Source: Eledone cirrhosa (taxonomy: Eukaryota). From it: a stretch of DNA of 64,000 nt. The position numbers and the translations under genes were made by a program. Of this stretch, positions 25,500 through 39,200 are shown in pieces (within the stretch, counting starts at the first letter, position 1; every line of letters begins with the position of its first letter). Under the pieces are notes generated by a model that worked only from the letters and a program-made list of their open reading frames with translations, did no database searches and was not told where the DNA came from. Location of the stretch: contig CAXHJY010000397.1 in the NCBI GenBank assembly GCA_964016885.1, positions 62,001 through 126,000 on the forward strand, in the 5' to 3' direction.

Positions 25500-26420
25500 G
25501 CTTAGGATAGCTTAGGATAGCTTAGCTTAGGATAGCTTAGCTTAGGATAGCTTAGGATAGCTTAGCTTAGCTTAGCTTAGCTTAGCTTAGCTTAGGATAG
25601 CTTAGCTTAGCTTAGCTTAGGATAGCTTAGCTTAGCTTAGGATAGCTTAGCTTAGCTTAGCTTAGGTAGCTTAGCTTAGCTTAGCTTAGGATAGCTTAGC
25701 TTAGCTTAGCTTAGGATAGCTTAGCTTAGCTTAGCTTAGGATAGCTTAGCTTAGCTTAGCTTAGGATAGCTTAGCTTAGCTTAGCTTAGGATAGCTTAGC
25801 TTAGCTTAGCTTAGGTTAGCTTAGCTTAGGATAGCTTAGTTTAGGTTAGCTTAGCTTAGCTTAGCTTAGCATAGCTTAGGATAGCTTAGCTTAGGATAGC
25901 TTAGCTTAGCTTAGCTTAGGATAGCTTAGCTTAGATTAGCTTAGGATAGCTTAGCTTAGCTTAGCTTAGGATAGCTTAGCTTAGGATAGCTTAGGATAGC
26001 TTAGCTTAGCTTAGCTTAGCTTAGCTTAGCTTAGGATAGCTTAGCTTAGCTTAGCTTAGGATAGCTTAGCTTAGCTTAGGATAGCTTAGCTTAGCTTAGC
26101 TTAGGTAGCTTAGCTTAGCTTAGCTTAGGATAGCTTAGCTTAGCTTAGCTTAGGATAGCTTAGCTTAGCTTAGCTTAGGATAGCTTAGCTTAGCTTAGCT
26201 TAGGATAGCTTAGCTTAGCTTAGCTTAGGATAGCTTAGCTTAGCTTAGCTTAGGTTAGCTTAGCTTAGGATAGCTTAGTTTAGGTTAGCTTAGCTTAGCT
26301 TAGCTTAGCATAGCTTAGGATAGCTTAGCTTAGGATAGCTTAGCTTAGCTTAGCTTAGGATAGCTTAGCTTAGCTTAGCTTAGGATAGCTTAGCTTAGCT
26401 TAGCTTAGGATAGCTTAGCT
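25500..26420 (+). repeat. 439-bp tandem duplication, with a second occurrence at about 42.4-43.3 kb
   Basis: AGGT 25664/26103 and AGTTT-AGGTT 25840/26279; the same 439 spacing at 42505/42944 and 42681/43120. Confidence 0.88.
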
Positions 26421-27249
26421 TAGGATAGCTTAGGATAGCTTAGCTTAGCTTAGCTTAGGATAGCTTAGCTTAGCTTAGCTTAGGATAGCTTAGCTTAGCT
26501 TAGGATAGCTTAGCTTAGCTTAGCTTAGGATAGCTTAGCTTAGCTTAGCTTAGGATAGCTTAGCTTAGCTTTGCTTAGGATAGCTTAGCTTAGCTTAGCT
26601 TAGGATAGCTTAGCTTAGCTTAGCTTAGGATAGCTTAGCTTAGCTTAGCTTAGGATAGCTTAGCTTAGCTTAGCTTAGGATAGCTTAGCTTAGCTTAGCT
26701 TAGGATAGCTTAGCTTAGCTTAGCTTAGGATCGCTTAGCTTAGCTTAGCTTAGGATAGCTTAGCTTAGCTTAGGATAGCTTAGCTTAGCTTAGCTTAGGA
26801 TAGCTTAGCTTAGCTTAGGATAGCTTAGGATAGCTTAGCTTAGGAGAGCTTAGCTTAGCTTAGCTTAGGATAGCTTAGCTTAGCTTAGCTTAGGATAGCT
26901 TAGCTTAACTTAGCTTAGGATAGCTTAGCTTAGCTTAGGATAGCTTAGCTTAGCTTAGCTTAGGATAGCTTAGCTTAGCTTAGCTTAGGATAGCTTAGCT
27001 TAGCTTAGCTTAGGATAGCTTAGGATAGCTTAGCTTAGGATAGCTTAGGATAGCTTACCTTAGGAGAGCTTAGCTTAGGATAGCTTAGCTTAGGATAGCT
27101 TAGGATAGCTTAGCTTAGGATAGCTTAGCTTAGGATAGCTTAGCTTAGGATAGCTTAGGATAGCTTAGCTTAGCTTAGCTTAGGATAGCTTAGCTTAGCT
27201 TAGCTTAGGATAGCTTAGCTTAGCTTAGCTTAGGATAGCTTAGCTTAGC

Positions 27250-30200
27250 TTAGCTTAGGATAGCTTAGGATAGCTTAGCTTAGGATAGCTTAGGATAGCT
27301 TAGCTTAGGATAGCTTAGGATAGCTTAGCTTAGGATAGCTTAGGATAGCTTAGGATAGCTTAGCTTAGCTTAGCTTAGGATAGCTTAGCTTAGCTTAGCT
27401 TAGGATAGCTTAGCTTAGCTTAGCTTAGGATAGCTTAGCTTAGCTTAGGATAGCTTAGCTTAGCTTAGCTTAGGATAGCTTAGCTTAGCTTAGCTTAGGA
27501 CAGCTTAGCTTAGCTTAGCTTAGGATAGCTTAGCTTAGCTTAGGATAGCTTAGCTTAGCTTAGCTTAGGATAGCTTAGCTTAGCTTAGCTTAGGATAGCT
27601 TAGCTTAGGATAGCTTAGCTTAGGATAGCTTAGCTTAGGTTAGCTTAGCTTAGCTTAGCTTAGGATAGCTTAGGATAGCTTAGCTTAGGATAGCTTAGCT
27701 TAGCTTAGCTTAGGATAGCTTAGCTTAGCTTAGCTTAGGATAGCTTAGCTTAGCTTAGCTTAGGATAGCTTAGCTTAGCTTAGCTTAGGATAGCTTAGGA
27801 TAGCTTAGCTTAGCTTAGCTTAGGGTAGCTTAGCTTAGCTTAGCTTAGGATAGCTTAGCTTAGCTTAGGATAGCTTAGCTTAGCTTAGCTTAGGATAGCT
27901 TAGCTTAGCTTAGCTTAGGATAGCTTAGCTTAGCTTAGCTTAGGATAGCTTAGGATAGCTTAGGATAGCTTAGCTTAGCTTAGCTTAGGATAGCTTAGCT
28001 TAGCTTAGCTTAGGATAGCTTAGCTTAGCTTAGCTTAGGATAGCTTAGCTTAGCTTAGGATAGCTTAGCTTAGCTTAGCTTAGGATAGCTTAGCTTAGCT
28101 TAGCTTAGGATAGCTTAGCTTAGCTTAGCTTAGGATAGCTTAGCTTAGCTTAGGATAGCTTAGCTTAGCTTAGCTTAGGATAGCTTAGCTTAGGATAGCT
28201 TAGGATAGCTTAGCTTAGGATAGCTTAGCTTAGGATAGCTTAGGATAGCTTAGCTTAGCTTAGCTTAGGATAGCTTAGCTTAGCTTAGGATAGCTTAGCT
28301 TAGCTTAGCTTAGGATAGCTTAGCTTAGCTTAGCTTAGGATAGCTTAGCTTAGCTTAGGATAGCTTAGCTTAGCTTAGCTTAGGATAGCTTAGCTTAGCT
28401 TAGCTTAGGATAGCTTAGCTTAGCTTAGCTTAGGATAGCTTAGCTTAGGATAGCTTAGCTTAGGATAGCTTAGCTTAGGTTAGCTTAGCTTAGCTTAGCT
28501 TAGGATAGCTTAGGATAGCTTAGCTTAGGATAGCTTAGCTTAGCTTAGCTTAGGATAGCTTAGCTTAGCTTAGCTTAGGATAGCTTAGCTTAGGATAGCT
28601 TAGGATTGCTTAGCTTAGCTTAGCTTAGGATAGCTTAGCTTAGCTTAGCTTAGGATAGCTTAGCTTAGCTTAGGATAGCTTAGCTTAGCTTAGCTTAGGA
28701 TAGCTTAGCTTAGCTTAGCTTAGGATAGCTTAGCTTAGCTTAGCTTAGGATAGCTTAGCTTAGCTTAGCTTAGGATAGCTTAGCTTAGCTTAGGATAGCT
28801 TAGCTTAGCTTAGCTTAGGATAGCTTAGCTTAGCTTAGGATAGCTTAGCTTAGCTTAGCTTAGGATAGCTTAGCTTAGCTTAGCTTAGGATAGCTTAGCT
28901 TAGCTTAGCTTAGGATAGCTTAGCTTAGCTTAGCTTAGGATAGCTTAGCTTAGCTTAGCTTAGGATAGATTAGCTTAGCTTAGGATAGCTTAGCTTAGCT
29001 TAGCTTAGGAAAGCTTAGCTTAGCTTAGGATAGCTTAGCTTAGCTTAGCTTAGGAGAGCTTAGCTTAGCTTAGCTTAGGATAGCTTAGCTTAGCTTAGCT
29101 TAGGATAGCTTAGCTTAGCTTAGGTAGCTTAGCTTAGCTTAGCTTAGGATAGCTTAGCTTAGCTTAGCTTAGCTTAGGATAGCTTAGCTTAGCTTAGCTT
29201 AGGAGAGCTTAGCTTAGCTTAGCTTAGGATAGCTTAGGATAGCTTAGCTTAGGATAGCTTAGGATAGCTTACCTTAGGAGAGCTTAGCTTAGGATAGCTT
29301 AGCTTAGGATAGCTTAGGATAGCTTAGCTTAGGATAGCTTAGCTTAGGATAGCTTAGCTTAGGATAGCTTAGGATAGCTTAGCTTAGCTTAGGATAGCTT
29401 AGCTTAGCTTAGCTTAGGATAGCTTAGCTTAGGTTAGCTTAGCTTAGCTTAGCTTAGCTTAGGATAGCTTAGCTTAGGATAGCTTAGGATAGCTTAGGAT
29501 AGCTTAGCTTAGGATAGCTTAGCTTAGGATAGCTTAGGATAGCTTAGCTTAGGATAGCTTAGGATAGCTTAGCTTAGGATAGCTTAGCTTAGGATAGCTT
29601 AGGATAGCTTAGCTTAGCTTAGCTTAGGATAGCTTAGATTAGCTTAGCTTAGGATAGCTTAGCTTAGCTTAGCTTAGGATAGCTTAGCTTAGCTTAGCTT
29701 AGCTTAGGATAGCTTAGCTTAGCTTAGGATAGCTTAGCTTAGCTTAGGATAGCTTAGCTTAGCTTAGCTTAGGATAGCTTAGCTTAGCTTAGCTTAGGAT
29801 AGCTTAGCTTAGCTTAGCTTAGGATAGCTTAGCTTAGCTTAGCTTAGGATAGCTTAGCTTAGCTTAGCTTAGGATAGCTTAGCTTAGCTTAGCTTAGGAT
29901 AGCTTAGCTTAGCTCAGCTCAGGATAGCTTAGCTTAGGATAGCTTATCTTAGCTTAGCTTAGGATAGCTTAGCTTAGCTTAGCTTAGGATAGCTTAGCTT
30001 AGCTTAGCTTAGGATAGCTTAGCTTAGCTTGGCTTAGGATAGCTTAGCTTAGCTTAGCTTAGGATAGCCTAGCTTAGCTTAGCTTAGGATGGCTTAGCTT
30101 AGCTTAGGATAGCTTAGCTTAGCTTAGCATAGGATAGCTTAGCTTAGTTTAGGATAGCTTAGCTTAGCTAAGCTTAGCTTAGGATAGCTTAGGATAGCTT

Positions 30201-33200
30201 AGCTTAGGATAGCTTAGGATAGCTTAGCTTAGGATAGCTTAGCTTAGGATAGCTTAGCTTAGGATAGCTTAGGATAGCTTAGCTTAGGATAGCTTAGGAT
30301 AGCTTAGCTTAGGATAGCTTAGGATAGCTTAGCTTAGGATAGCTTAGCTTAGGATAGCTTAGGAAAGCTTAGCTTAGCTTAGCTTAGGATAGCTTAGCTT
30401 AGCTTAGCTTAGGATAGCTTAGCTTAGCTTAGCTTAGGATAGCTTAGGATAGCTTAGCTTAGGATAGCTTAGGATAGCTTAGATTAGGATAGCTTAGCTT
30501 AGGTTAGCTTAGCTTAGGATAGCTTAGGATAGCTTAGCTTAGGATAGCTTAGGATAGCTTAGCTTAGGATAGCTTAGCTTAGGATAGCTTAGGATAGCTT
30601 AGCTTAGCTTAGCTTAGGATAGCTTAGCTTAGCTTAGCTTAGGATAGCTTAGCTTAGCTTAGCTTAGCTTAGGATAGCTTAGCTTAGCTTAGCTTAGGAT
30701 AGCTTAGGATAGCTTGGCTTAGGATAGTTTAGGATAGCTTAGGATAGCTTAGCTTAGGATAGCTTAGGATAGCTTAGCTTAGGATAGCTTAGCTTAGGAT
30801 AGCTTAGCTTAGCTTAGCTTAGGATAGCTTAGCTTAGGATAGCTTAGGATAGCTTAGCTTAGGATAGCTTAGCTTAGGATAGCTTAGGATAGCTTAGCTT
30901 AGCTTAGCTTAGCTTAGCTTAGCTTAGGATAGCTTAGCTTAGCTTAGCTTAGGATAGCTTAGCTTAGCTTAGGATAGCTTAGCTTAGCTTAGCTTAGGTA
31001 GCTTAGCTTAGCTTAGCTTAGGATAGCTTAGCTTAGCTTAGCTTAGGATAGCTTAGCTTAGCTTAGCTTAGGATAGCTTAGCTTAGCTTAGCTTAGGATA
31101 GCTTAGCTTAGCTTAGCTTAGGATAGCTTAGCTTAGCTTAGCTTAGGTTAGCTTAGCTTAGGATAGCTTAGTTTAGGTTAGCTTAGCTTAGCTTAGCTTA
31201 GCATAGCTTAGGATAGCTTAGCTTAGGATAGCTTAGCTTAGCTTAGCTTAGGATAGCTTAGCTTAGCTTAGCTTAGGATAGCTTAGCTTAGCTTAGCTTA
31301 GGATAGCTTAGCTTAGGATAGCTTAGGATAGCTTAGCTTAGGATAGCTTAGCTTAGGATAGCTTAGCTTAGCTTAGCTTAGGATAGCTTAGCTTAGGATA
31401 GCTTAGGATAGCTTAGCTTAGGATAGCTTAGCTTAGGATAGCTTAGGATAGCTTAGCTTAGCTTAGCTTAGGATAGCTTAGCTTAGCTTAGCTTAGGATA
31501 GCTTAGCTTAGCTTAGCTTAGGATAGCTTAGCTTAGCTTAGCTTAGGATAGCTTAGGATAGCTTAGCTTAGCTTAGCTTAGCTTAGGATAGCTTAGCTTA
31601 GCTTAGCTTAGGATAGCTTAGCTTAGCTTAGCTTAGGATAGCTTAGCTTAGCTTAGCTTAGGATAGCTTAGCTTAGATTAGCTTAGGATAGCTTAGCTTA
31701 GCTTAGCTTAGGATAGCTTAGGTTAGCTTAGGATAGCTTAGCTTAGGATAGCTTAGCTTAGGATAGCTTAGCTTAGGTTAGCTTAGCTTAGCTTAGGATA
31801 GCTTAGGATAGCTTAGCTTAGGATAGCTTAGCTTAGCTTAGGATAGCTTAGCTTAGCTTAGGATAGCTTAGCTTAGCTTAGCTTAGCTTAGGATAGCTTA
31901 GCTTAGGATAGCTTAGGATAGCTTAGCTTAGCTTAGGATAGCTTAGCTTAGCTTAGCTTAGGATAGCTTAGCTTAGCTTAGCTTAGGATAGCTTAGGATA
32001 GCTTAGCTTAGCTTAGCTTAGGATAGCTTAGCTTAGCTTAGCTTAGGATAGCTTAGCTTAGCTTAGCTTAGGATAGCTTAGCTTAGCTTAGGATAGCTTA
32101 GCTTAGCTTAGCTTAGCTTAGGATAGCTTAGCTTAGCTTAGCTTAGGATAGCTTAGCTTAGCTTAGGATAGCTTAGCTTAGCTTAGCTTAGGATAGCTTA
32201 GCTTAGCTTAGCTTAGGATAGCTTAGCTTAGCTTAGCTTAGGATAGCTTAGCTTAGCTTAGCTTAGGATAGCTTAGCTTAGCTTAGGATAGCTTAGCTTA
32301 GCTTAGGATAGCTTAGCTTAGCTTAGCTTAGCTTAGCTTAGGATAGCTTAGCTTAGCTTAGCTTAGGATAGCTTAGCTTAGCTTAGCTTAGGATAGCTTA
32401 GCTTAGCTTAGCTTAGGATAGCTTAGCTTAGCTTAGGATAGCTTAGCTTAGCTTAGCTTAGGATAGCTTAGCTTAGCTGAGCTTAGGATAGCTTAGGATA
32501 GCTTAGCTTAGGATAGCTTAGGATAGCTTACCTTAGGAGAGCTTAGCTTAGGAAAGCTTAGCTTAGGATAGCTTAGGATAGCTTAGCTTAGGATAGCTTA
32601 GCTTAGGATAGCTTAGCTTAGGATAGCTTAGGATAGCTTAGCTTAGCTTAGCTTAGGATAGCTTAGCTTAGCTTAGCTTAGGATAGCTTAGCTTAGCTTA
32701 GCTTAGGATAGATTAGCTTAGCTTAGGATAGCTTAGCTTAGCTTAGCTTAGGAAAGCTTAGCTTAGCTTAGGATAGCTTAGTTTAGCTTAGCTTAGGAGA
32801 GCTTAGCTTAGCTTAGCTTAGGATAGCTTAGCTTAGCTTAGCTTAGGATAGCTTAGCTTAGCTTAGCTTAGGTAGCTTAGCTTAGCTTAGCTTAGGATAG
32901 CTTAGCTTAGCTTAGCTTAGCTTAGGTTAGCTTAGCTTAGCTTAGCTTAGGAGAGCTTAGCTTAGCTTAGCTTAGGATAGCTTAGGATAGCTTAGCTTAG
33001 GATAGCTTAGGATAGCTTACCTTAGGAGAGCTTAGCTTAGGATAGCTTAGCTTAGGATAGCTTAGGATAGCTTAGCTTAGGATAGCTTAGCTTAGGATAG
33101 CTTAGCTTAGGATAGCTTAGGATAGCTTAGCTTAGCTTAGCTTAGGATAGCTTAGCTTAGCTTAGCTTAGGATAGCTTAGCTTAGGTTAGCTTAGCTTAG

Positions 33201-36200
33201 CTTAGCTTAGCTTAGGATAGCTTAGCTTAGGATAGCTTAGGATAGCTTAGCTTAGGATAGCTTAGGATAGCTTAGCTTAGGAGAGCTTAGCTTAGGATAG
33301 CTTAGGATAGCTTAGCTTAGGATAGCTTAGGATAGCTTAGCTTAGGATAGCTTAGCTTAGGATAGCTTAGGATAGCTTAGCTTAGCTTAGGATAGCTTAG
33401 CTTAGCTTAGCTTAGGATAGCTTAGCTTAGCTTAGCTTAGGATAGCTTAGCTTAGCTTAGCTTAGGATAGCTTAGGATAGCTTAGCTTAGGATAGCTTAG
33501 GATAGCTTAGCTTAGGATAGCTTAGGATAGCTTAGGATAGCTTAGCTTAGCTTAGCTTAGGATAGCTTAGCTTAGCTTAGCTTAGGATAGCTTAGCTTAG
33601 CTTAGCTTAGGATAGCTTAGCTTAGCTTAGGATAGCTTAGCTTAGCTTAGCTTAGGATAGCTTAGCTTAGCTTAGCTTAGGACAGCTTAGCTTAGCTTAG
33701 CTTAGGATAGCTTAGCTTAGCTTAGGATAGCTTAGCTTAGCTTAGCTTAGGATAGCTTAGCTTAGCTTAGCTTAGGATAGCTTAGCTTAGGATAGCTTAG
33801 CTTAGGATAGCTTAGCTTAGGTTAGCTTAGCTTAGCTTAGCTTAGGATAGCTTAGGATAGCTTAGCTTAGGATAGCTTAGCTTAGCTTAGCTTAGGATAG
33901 CTTAGCTTAGCTTAGCTTAGGATAGCTTAGCTTAGCTTAGCTTAGGATAGCTTAGCTTAGCTTAGCTTAGGATAGCTTAGGATAGCTTAGCTTAGCTTAG
34001 CTTAGGGTAGCTTAGCTTAGCTTAGCTTAGGATAGCTTAGCTTAGCTTAGGATAGCTTAGCTTAGCTTAGCTTAGGATAGCTTAGCTTAGCTTAGCTTAG
34101 GATAGCTTAGCTTAGCTTAGCTTAGGATAGCTTAGGATAGCTTAGGATAGCTTAGCTTAGCTTAGCTTAGGATAGCTTAGCTTAGCTTAGCTTAGGATAG
34201 CTTAGCTTAGCTTAGCTTAGGATAGCTTAGCTTAGCTTAGGATAGCTTAGCTTAGCTTAGCTTAGGATAGCTTAGCTTAGCTTAGCTTAGGATAGCTTAG
34301 CTTAGGATAGCTTAGCTTAGCTTAGCTTAGGATAGCTTAGCTTAGCTTAGCTTAGGATAGCTTAGCTTAGCTTAGCTTAGGATAGCTTAGCTTAGCTTAG
34401 CTTAGGATAGCTTAGGATAGCTTAGGATAGCTTAGCTTAGCTTAGCTTAGGATAGCTTAGCTTAGCTTAGCTTAGGATAGCTTAGCTTAGGATAGCTTAG
34501 GATTGCTTAGCTTAGCTTAGCTTAGGATAGCTTAGCTTAGCTTAGCTTAGGATAGCTTAGCTTAGCTTAGGATAGCTTAGCTTAGCTTAGCTTAGGATAG
34601 CTTAGCTTAGCTTAGCTTAGGATAGCTTAGCTTAGCTTAGCTTAGGATAGCTTAGCTTAGCTTAGCTTAGGATAGCTTAGCTTAGCTTAGGATAGCTTAG
34701 CTTAGCTTAGCTTAGGATAGCTTAGCTTAGCTTAGGATAGCTTAGCTTAGCTTAGCTTAGGATAGCTTAGCTTAGCTTAGCTTAGGATAGCTTAGCTTAG
34801 CTTAGCTTAGGATAGCTTAGCTTAGCTTAGCTTAGGATAGCTTAGCTTAGCTTAGCTTAGGATAGATTAGCTTAGCTTAGGATAGCTTAGCTTAGCTTAG
34901 CTTAGGAAAGCTTAGCTTAGCTTAGGATAGCTTAGCTTAGCTTAGCTTAGGAGAGCTTAGCTTAGCTTAGCTTAGGATAGCTTAGCTTAGCTTAGCTTAG
35001 GATAGCTTAGCTTAGCTTAGGTAGCTTAGCTTAGCTTAGCTTAGGATAGCTTAGCTTAGCTTAGCTTAGCTTAGGATAGCTTAGCTTAGCTTAGCTTAGG
35101 AGAGCTTAGCTTAGCTTAGCTTAGGATAGCTTAGGATAGCTTAGCTTAGGATAGCTTAGGATAGCTTACCTTAGGAGAGCTTAGCTTAGGATAGCTTAGC
35201 TTAGGATAGCTTAGGATAGCTTAGCTTAGGATAGCTTAGCTTAGGATAGCTTAGCTTAGGATAGCTTAGGATAGCTTAGCTTAGCTTAGGATAGCTTAGC
35301 TTAGCTTAGCTTAGGATAGCTTAGCTTAGGTTAGCTTAGCTTAGCTTAGCTTAGCTTAGGATAGCTTAGCTTAGGATAGCTTAGGATAGCTTAGGATAGC
35401 TTAGCTTAGGATAGCTTAGCTTAGGATAGCTTAGGATAGCTTAGCTTAGGATAGCTTAGGATAGCTTAGCTTAGGATAGCTTAGCTTAGGATAGCTTAGG
35501 ATAGCTTAGCTTAGCTTAGCTTAGGATAGCTTAGATTAGCTTAGCTTAGGATAGCTTAGCTTAGCTTAGCTTAGGATAGCTTAGCTTAGCTTAGCTTAGC
35601 TTAGGATAGCTTAGCTTAGCTTAGGATAGCTTAGCTTAGCTTAGGATAGCTTAGCTTAGCTTAGCTTAGGATAGCTTAGCTTAGCTTAGCTTAGGATAGC
35701 TTAGCTTAGCTTAGCTTAGGATAGCTTAGCTTAGCTTAGCTTAGGATAGCTTAGCTTAGCTTAGCTTAGGATAGCTTAGCTTAGCTTAGCTTAGGATAGC
35801 TTAGCTTAGCTTAGCTCAGGATAGCTTAGCTTAGGATAGCTTATCTTAGCTTAGCTTAGGATAGCTTAGCTTAGCTTAGCTTAGGATAGCTTAGCTTAGC
35901 TTAGCTTAGGATAGCTTAGCTTAGCTTGGCTTAGGATAGCTTAGCTTAGCTTAGCTTAGGATAGCCTAGCTTAGCTTAGCTTAGGATGGCTTAGCTTAGC
36001 TTAGCTTAGGATAGCTTAGCTTAGCTTAGCATAGGATAGCTTAGCTTAGTTTAGGATAGCTTAGCTTAGCTAAGCTTAGCTTAGGATAGCTTAGGATAGC
36101 TTAGCTTAGGATAGCTTAGGATAGCTTAGCTTAGGATAGCTTAGCTTAGGATAGCTTAGCTTAGGATAGCTTAGGATAGCTTAGCTTAGGATAGCTTAGG

Positions 36201-39200
36201 ATAGCTTAGCTTAGGATAGCTTAGGATAGCTTAGCTTAGGATAGCTTAGCTTAGGATAGCTTAGGAAAGCTTAGCTTAGCTTAGCTTAGGATAGCTTAGC
36301 TTAGCTTAGCTTAGGATAGCTTAGCTTAGCTTAGCTTAGGATAGCTTAGGATAGCTTAGCTTAGGATAGCTTAGGATAGCTTAGATTAGGATAGCTTAGC
36401 TTAGGTTAGCTTAGCTTAGGATAGCTTAGGATAGCTTAGCTTAGGATAGCTTAGGATAGCTTAGCTTAGGATAGCTTAGCTTAGGATAGCTTAGGATAGC
36501 TTAGCTTAGCTTAGCTTAGGATAGCTTAGCTTAGCTTAGCTTAGGATAGCTTAGCTTAGCTTAGCTTAGCTTAGGATAGCTTAGCTTAGCTTAGCTTAGG
36601 ATAGCTTAGGATAGCTTAGCTTAGGATAGTTTAGGATAGCTTAGGATAGCTTAGCTTAGGATAGCTTAGGATAGCTTAGCTTAGGATAGCTTAGCTTAGG
36701 ATAGCTTAGCTTAGCTTAGCTTAGGATAGCTTAGCTTAGGATAGCTTAGGATAGCTTAGCTTAGGATAGCTTAGCTTAGGATAGCTTAGGATAGCTTAGC
36801 TTAGCTTAGCTTAGCTTAGCTTAGCTTAGGATAGCTTAGCTTAGCTTAGCTTAGGATAGCTTAGCTTAGCTTAGGATAGCTTAGCTTAGCTTAGCTTAGG
36901 TAGCTTAGCTTAGCTTAGCTTAGGATAGCTTAGCTTAGCTTAGCTTAGGATAGCTTAGCTTAGGATAGCTTAGGATAGCTTAGCTTAGGATAGCTTAGCT
37001 TAGGATAGCTTAGCTTAGCTTAGCTTAGGATAGCTTAGCTTAGGATAGCTTAGGATAGCTTAGCTTAGGATAGCTTAGCTTAGGATAGCTTAGGATAGCT
37101 TAGCTTAGCTTAGCTTAGGATAGCTTAGCTTAGCTTAGCTTAGGATAGCTTAGCTTAGCTTAGCTTAGGATAGCTTAGCTTAGCTTAGCTTAGGATAGCT
37201 TAGGATAGCTTAGCTTAGCTTAGCTTAGCTTAGGATAGCTTAGCTTAGCTTAGCTTAGGATAGCTTAGCTTAGCTTAGCTTAGGATAGCTTAGCTTAGCT
37301 TAGCTTAGGATAGCTTAGCTTAGATTAGCTTAGGATAGCTTAGCTTAGCTTAGCTTAGGATAGCTTAGGTTAGCTTAGGATAGCTTAGCTTAGGATAGCT
37401 TAGCTTAGGATAGCTTAGCTTAGGTTAGCTTAGCTTAGCTTAGGATAGCTTAGGATAGCTTAGCTTAGGATAGCTTAGCTTAGCTTAGGATAGCTTAGCT
37501 TAGCTTAGGATAGCTTAGCTTAGCTTAGCTTAGCTTAGGATAGCTTAGCTTAGGATAGCTTAGGATAGCTTAGCTTAGCTTAGGATAGCTTAGCTTAGCT
37601 TAGCTTAGGATAGCTTAGCTTAGCTTAGCTTAGGATAGCTTAGGATAGCTTAGCTTAGCTTAGCTTAGGATAGCTTAGCTTAGCTTAGCTTAGGATAGCT
37701 TAGCTTAGCTTAGCTTAGGATAGCTTAGCTTAGCTTAGGATAGCTTAGCTTAGCTTAGCTTAGCTTAGGATAGCTTAGCTTAGCTTAGCTTAGGATAGCT
37801 TAGCTTAGCTTAGGATAGCTTAGCTTAGCTTAGCTTAGGATAGCTTAGCTTAGCTTAGCTTAGGATAGCTTAGCTTAGCTTAGCTTAGGATAGCTTAGCT
37901 TAGCTTAGCTTAGGATAGCTTAGCTTAGCTTAGGATAGCTTAGCTTAGCTTAGGATAGCTTAGCTTAGCTTAGCTTAGCTTAGCTTAGGATAGCTTAGCT
38001 TAGCTTAGCTTAGGATAGCTTAGCTTAGCTTAGCTTAGGATAGCTTAGCTTAGCTTAGCTTAGGATAGCTTAGCTTAGCTTAGGATAGCTTAGCTTAGCT
38101 TAGCTTAGGATAGCTTAGCTTAGCTGAGCTTAGGATAGCTTAGGATAGCTTAGCTTAGGATAGCTTAGGATAGCTTACCTTAGGAGAGCTTAGCTTAGGA
38201 AAGCTTAGCTTAGGATAGCTTAGGATAGCTTAGCTTAGGATAGCTTAGCTTAGGATAGCTTAGCTTAGGATAGCTTAGGATAGCTTAGCTTAGCTTAGCT
38301 TAGGATAGCTTAGCTTAGCTTAGCTTAGGATAGCTTAGCTTAGCTTAGCTTAGGATAGATTAGCTTAGCTTAGGATAGCTTAGCTTAGCTTAGCTTAGGA
38401 AAGCTTAGCTTAGCTTAGGATAGCTTAGTTTAGCTTAGCTTAGGAGAGCTTAGCTTAGCTTAGCTTAGGATAGCTTAGCTTAGCTTAGCTTAGGATAGCT
38501 TAGCTTAGCTTAGCTTAGGTAGCTTAGCTTAGCTTAGCTTAGGATAGCTTAGCTTAGCTTAGCTTAGCTTAGGTTAGCTTAGCTTAGCTTAGCTTAGGAG
38601 AGCTTAGCTTAGCTTAGCTTAGGATAGCTTAGGATAGCTTAGCTTAGGATAGCTTAGGATAGCTTACCTTAGGAGAGCTTAGCTTAGGATAGCTTAGCTT
38701 AGGATAGCTTAGGATAGCTTAGCTTAGGATAGCTTAGCTTAGGATAGCTTAGCTTAGGATAGCTTAGGATAGCTTAGCTTAGCTTAGCTTAGGATAGCTT
38801 AGCTTAGCTTAGCTTAGGATAGCTTAGCTTAGGTTAGCTTAGCTTAGCTTAGCTTAGCTTAGGATAGCTTAGCTTAGGATAGCTTAGGATAGCTTAGCTT
38901 AGGATAGCTTAGGATAGCTTAGCTTAGGAGAGCTTAGCTTAGGATAGCTTAGGATAGCTTAGCTTAGGATAGCTTAGGATAGCTTAGCTTAGGATAGCTT
39001 AGCTTAGGATAGCTTAGGATAGCTTAGCTTAGCTTAGGATAGCTTAGCTTAGCTTAGCTTAGGATAGCTTAGCTTAGCTTAGCTTAGGATAGCTTAGCTT
39101 AGCTTAGCTTAGGATAGCTTAGGATAGCTTAGCTTAGGATAGCTTAGGATAGCTTAGCTTAGGATAGCTTAGGATAGCTTAGGATAGCTTAGCTTAGCTT

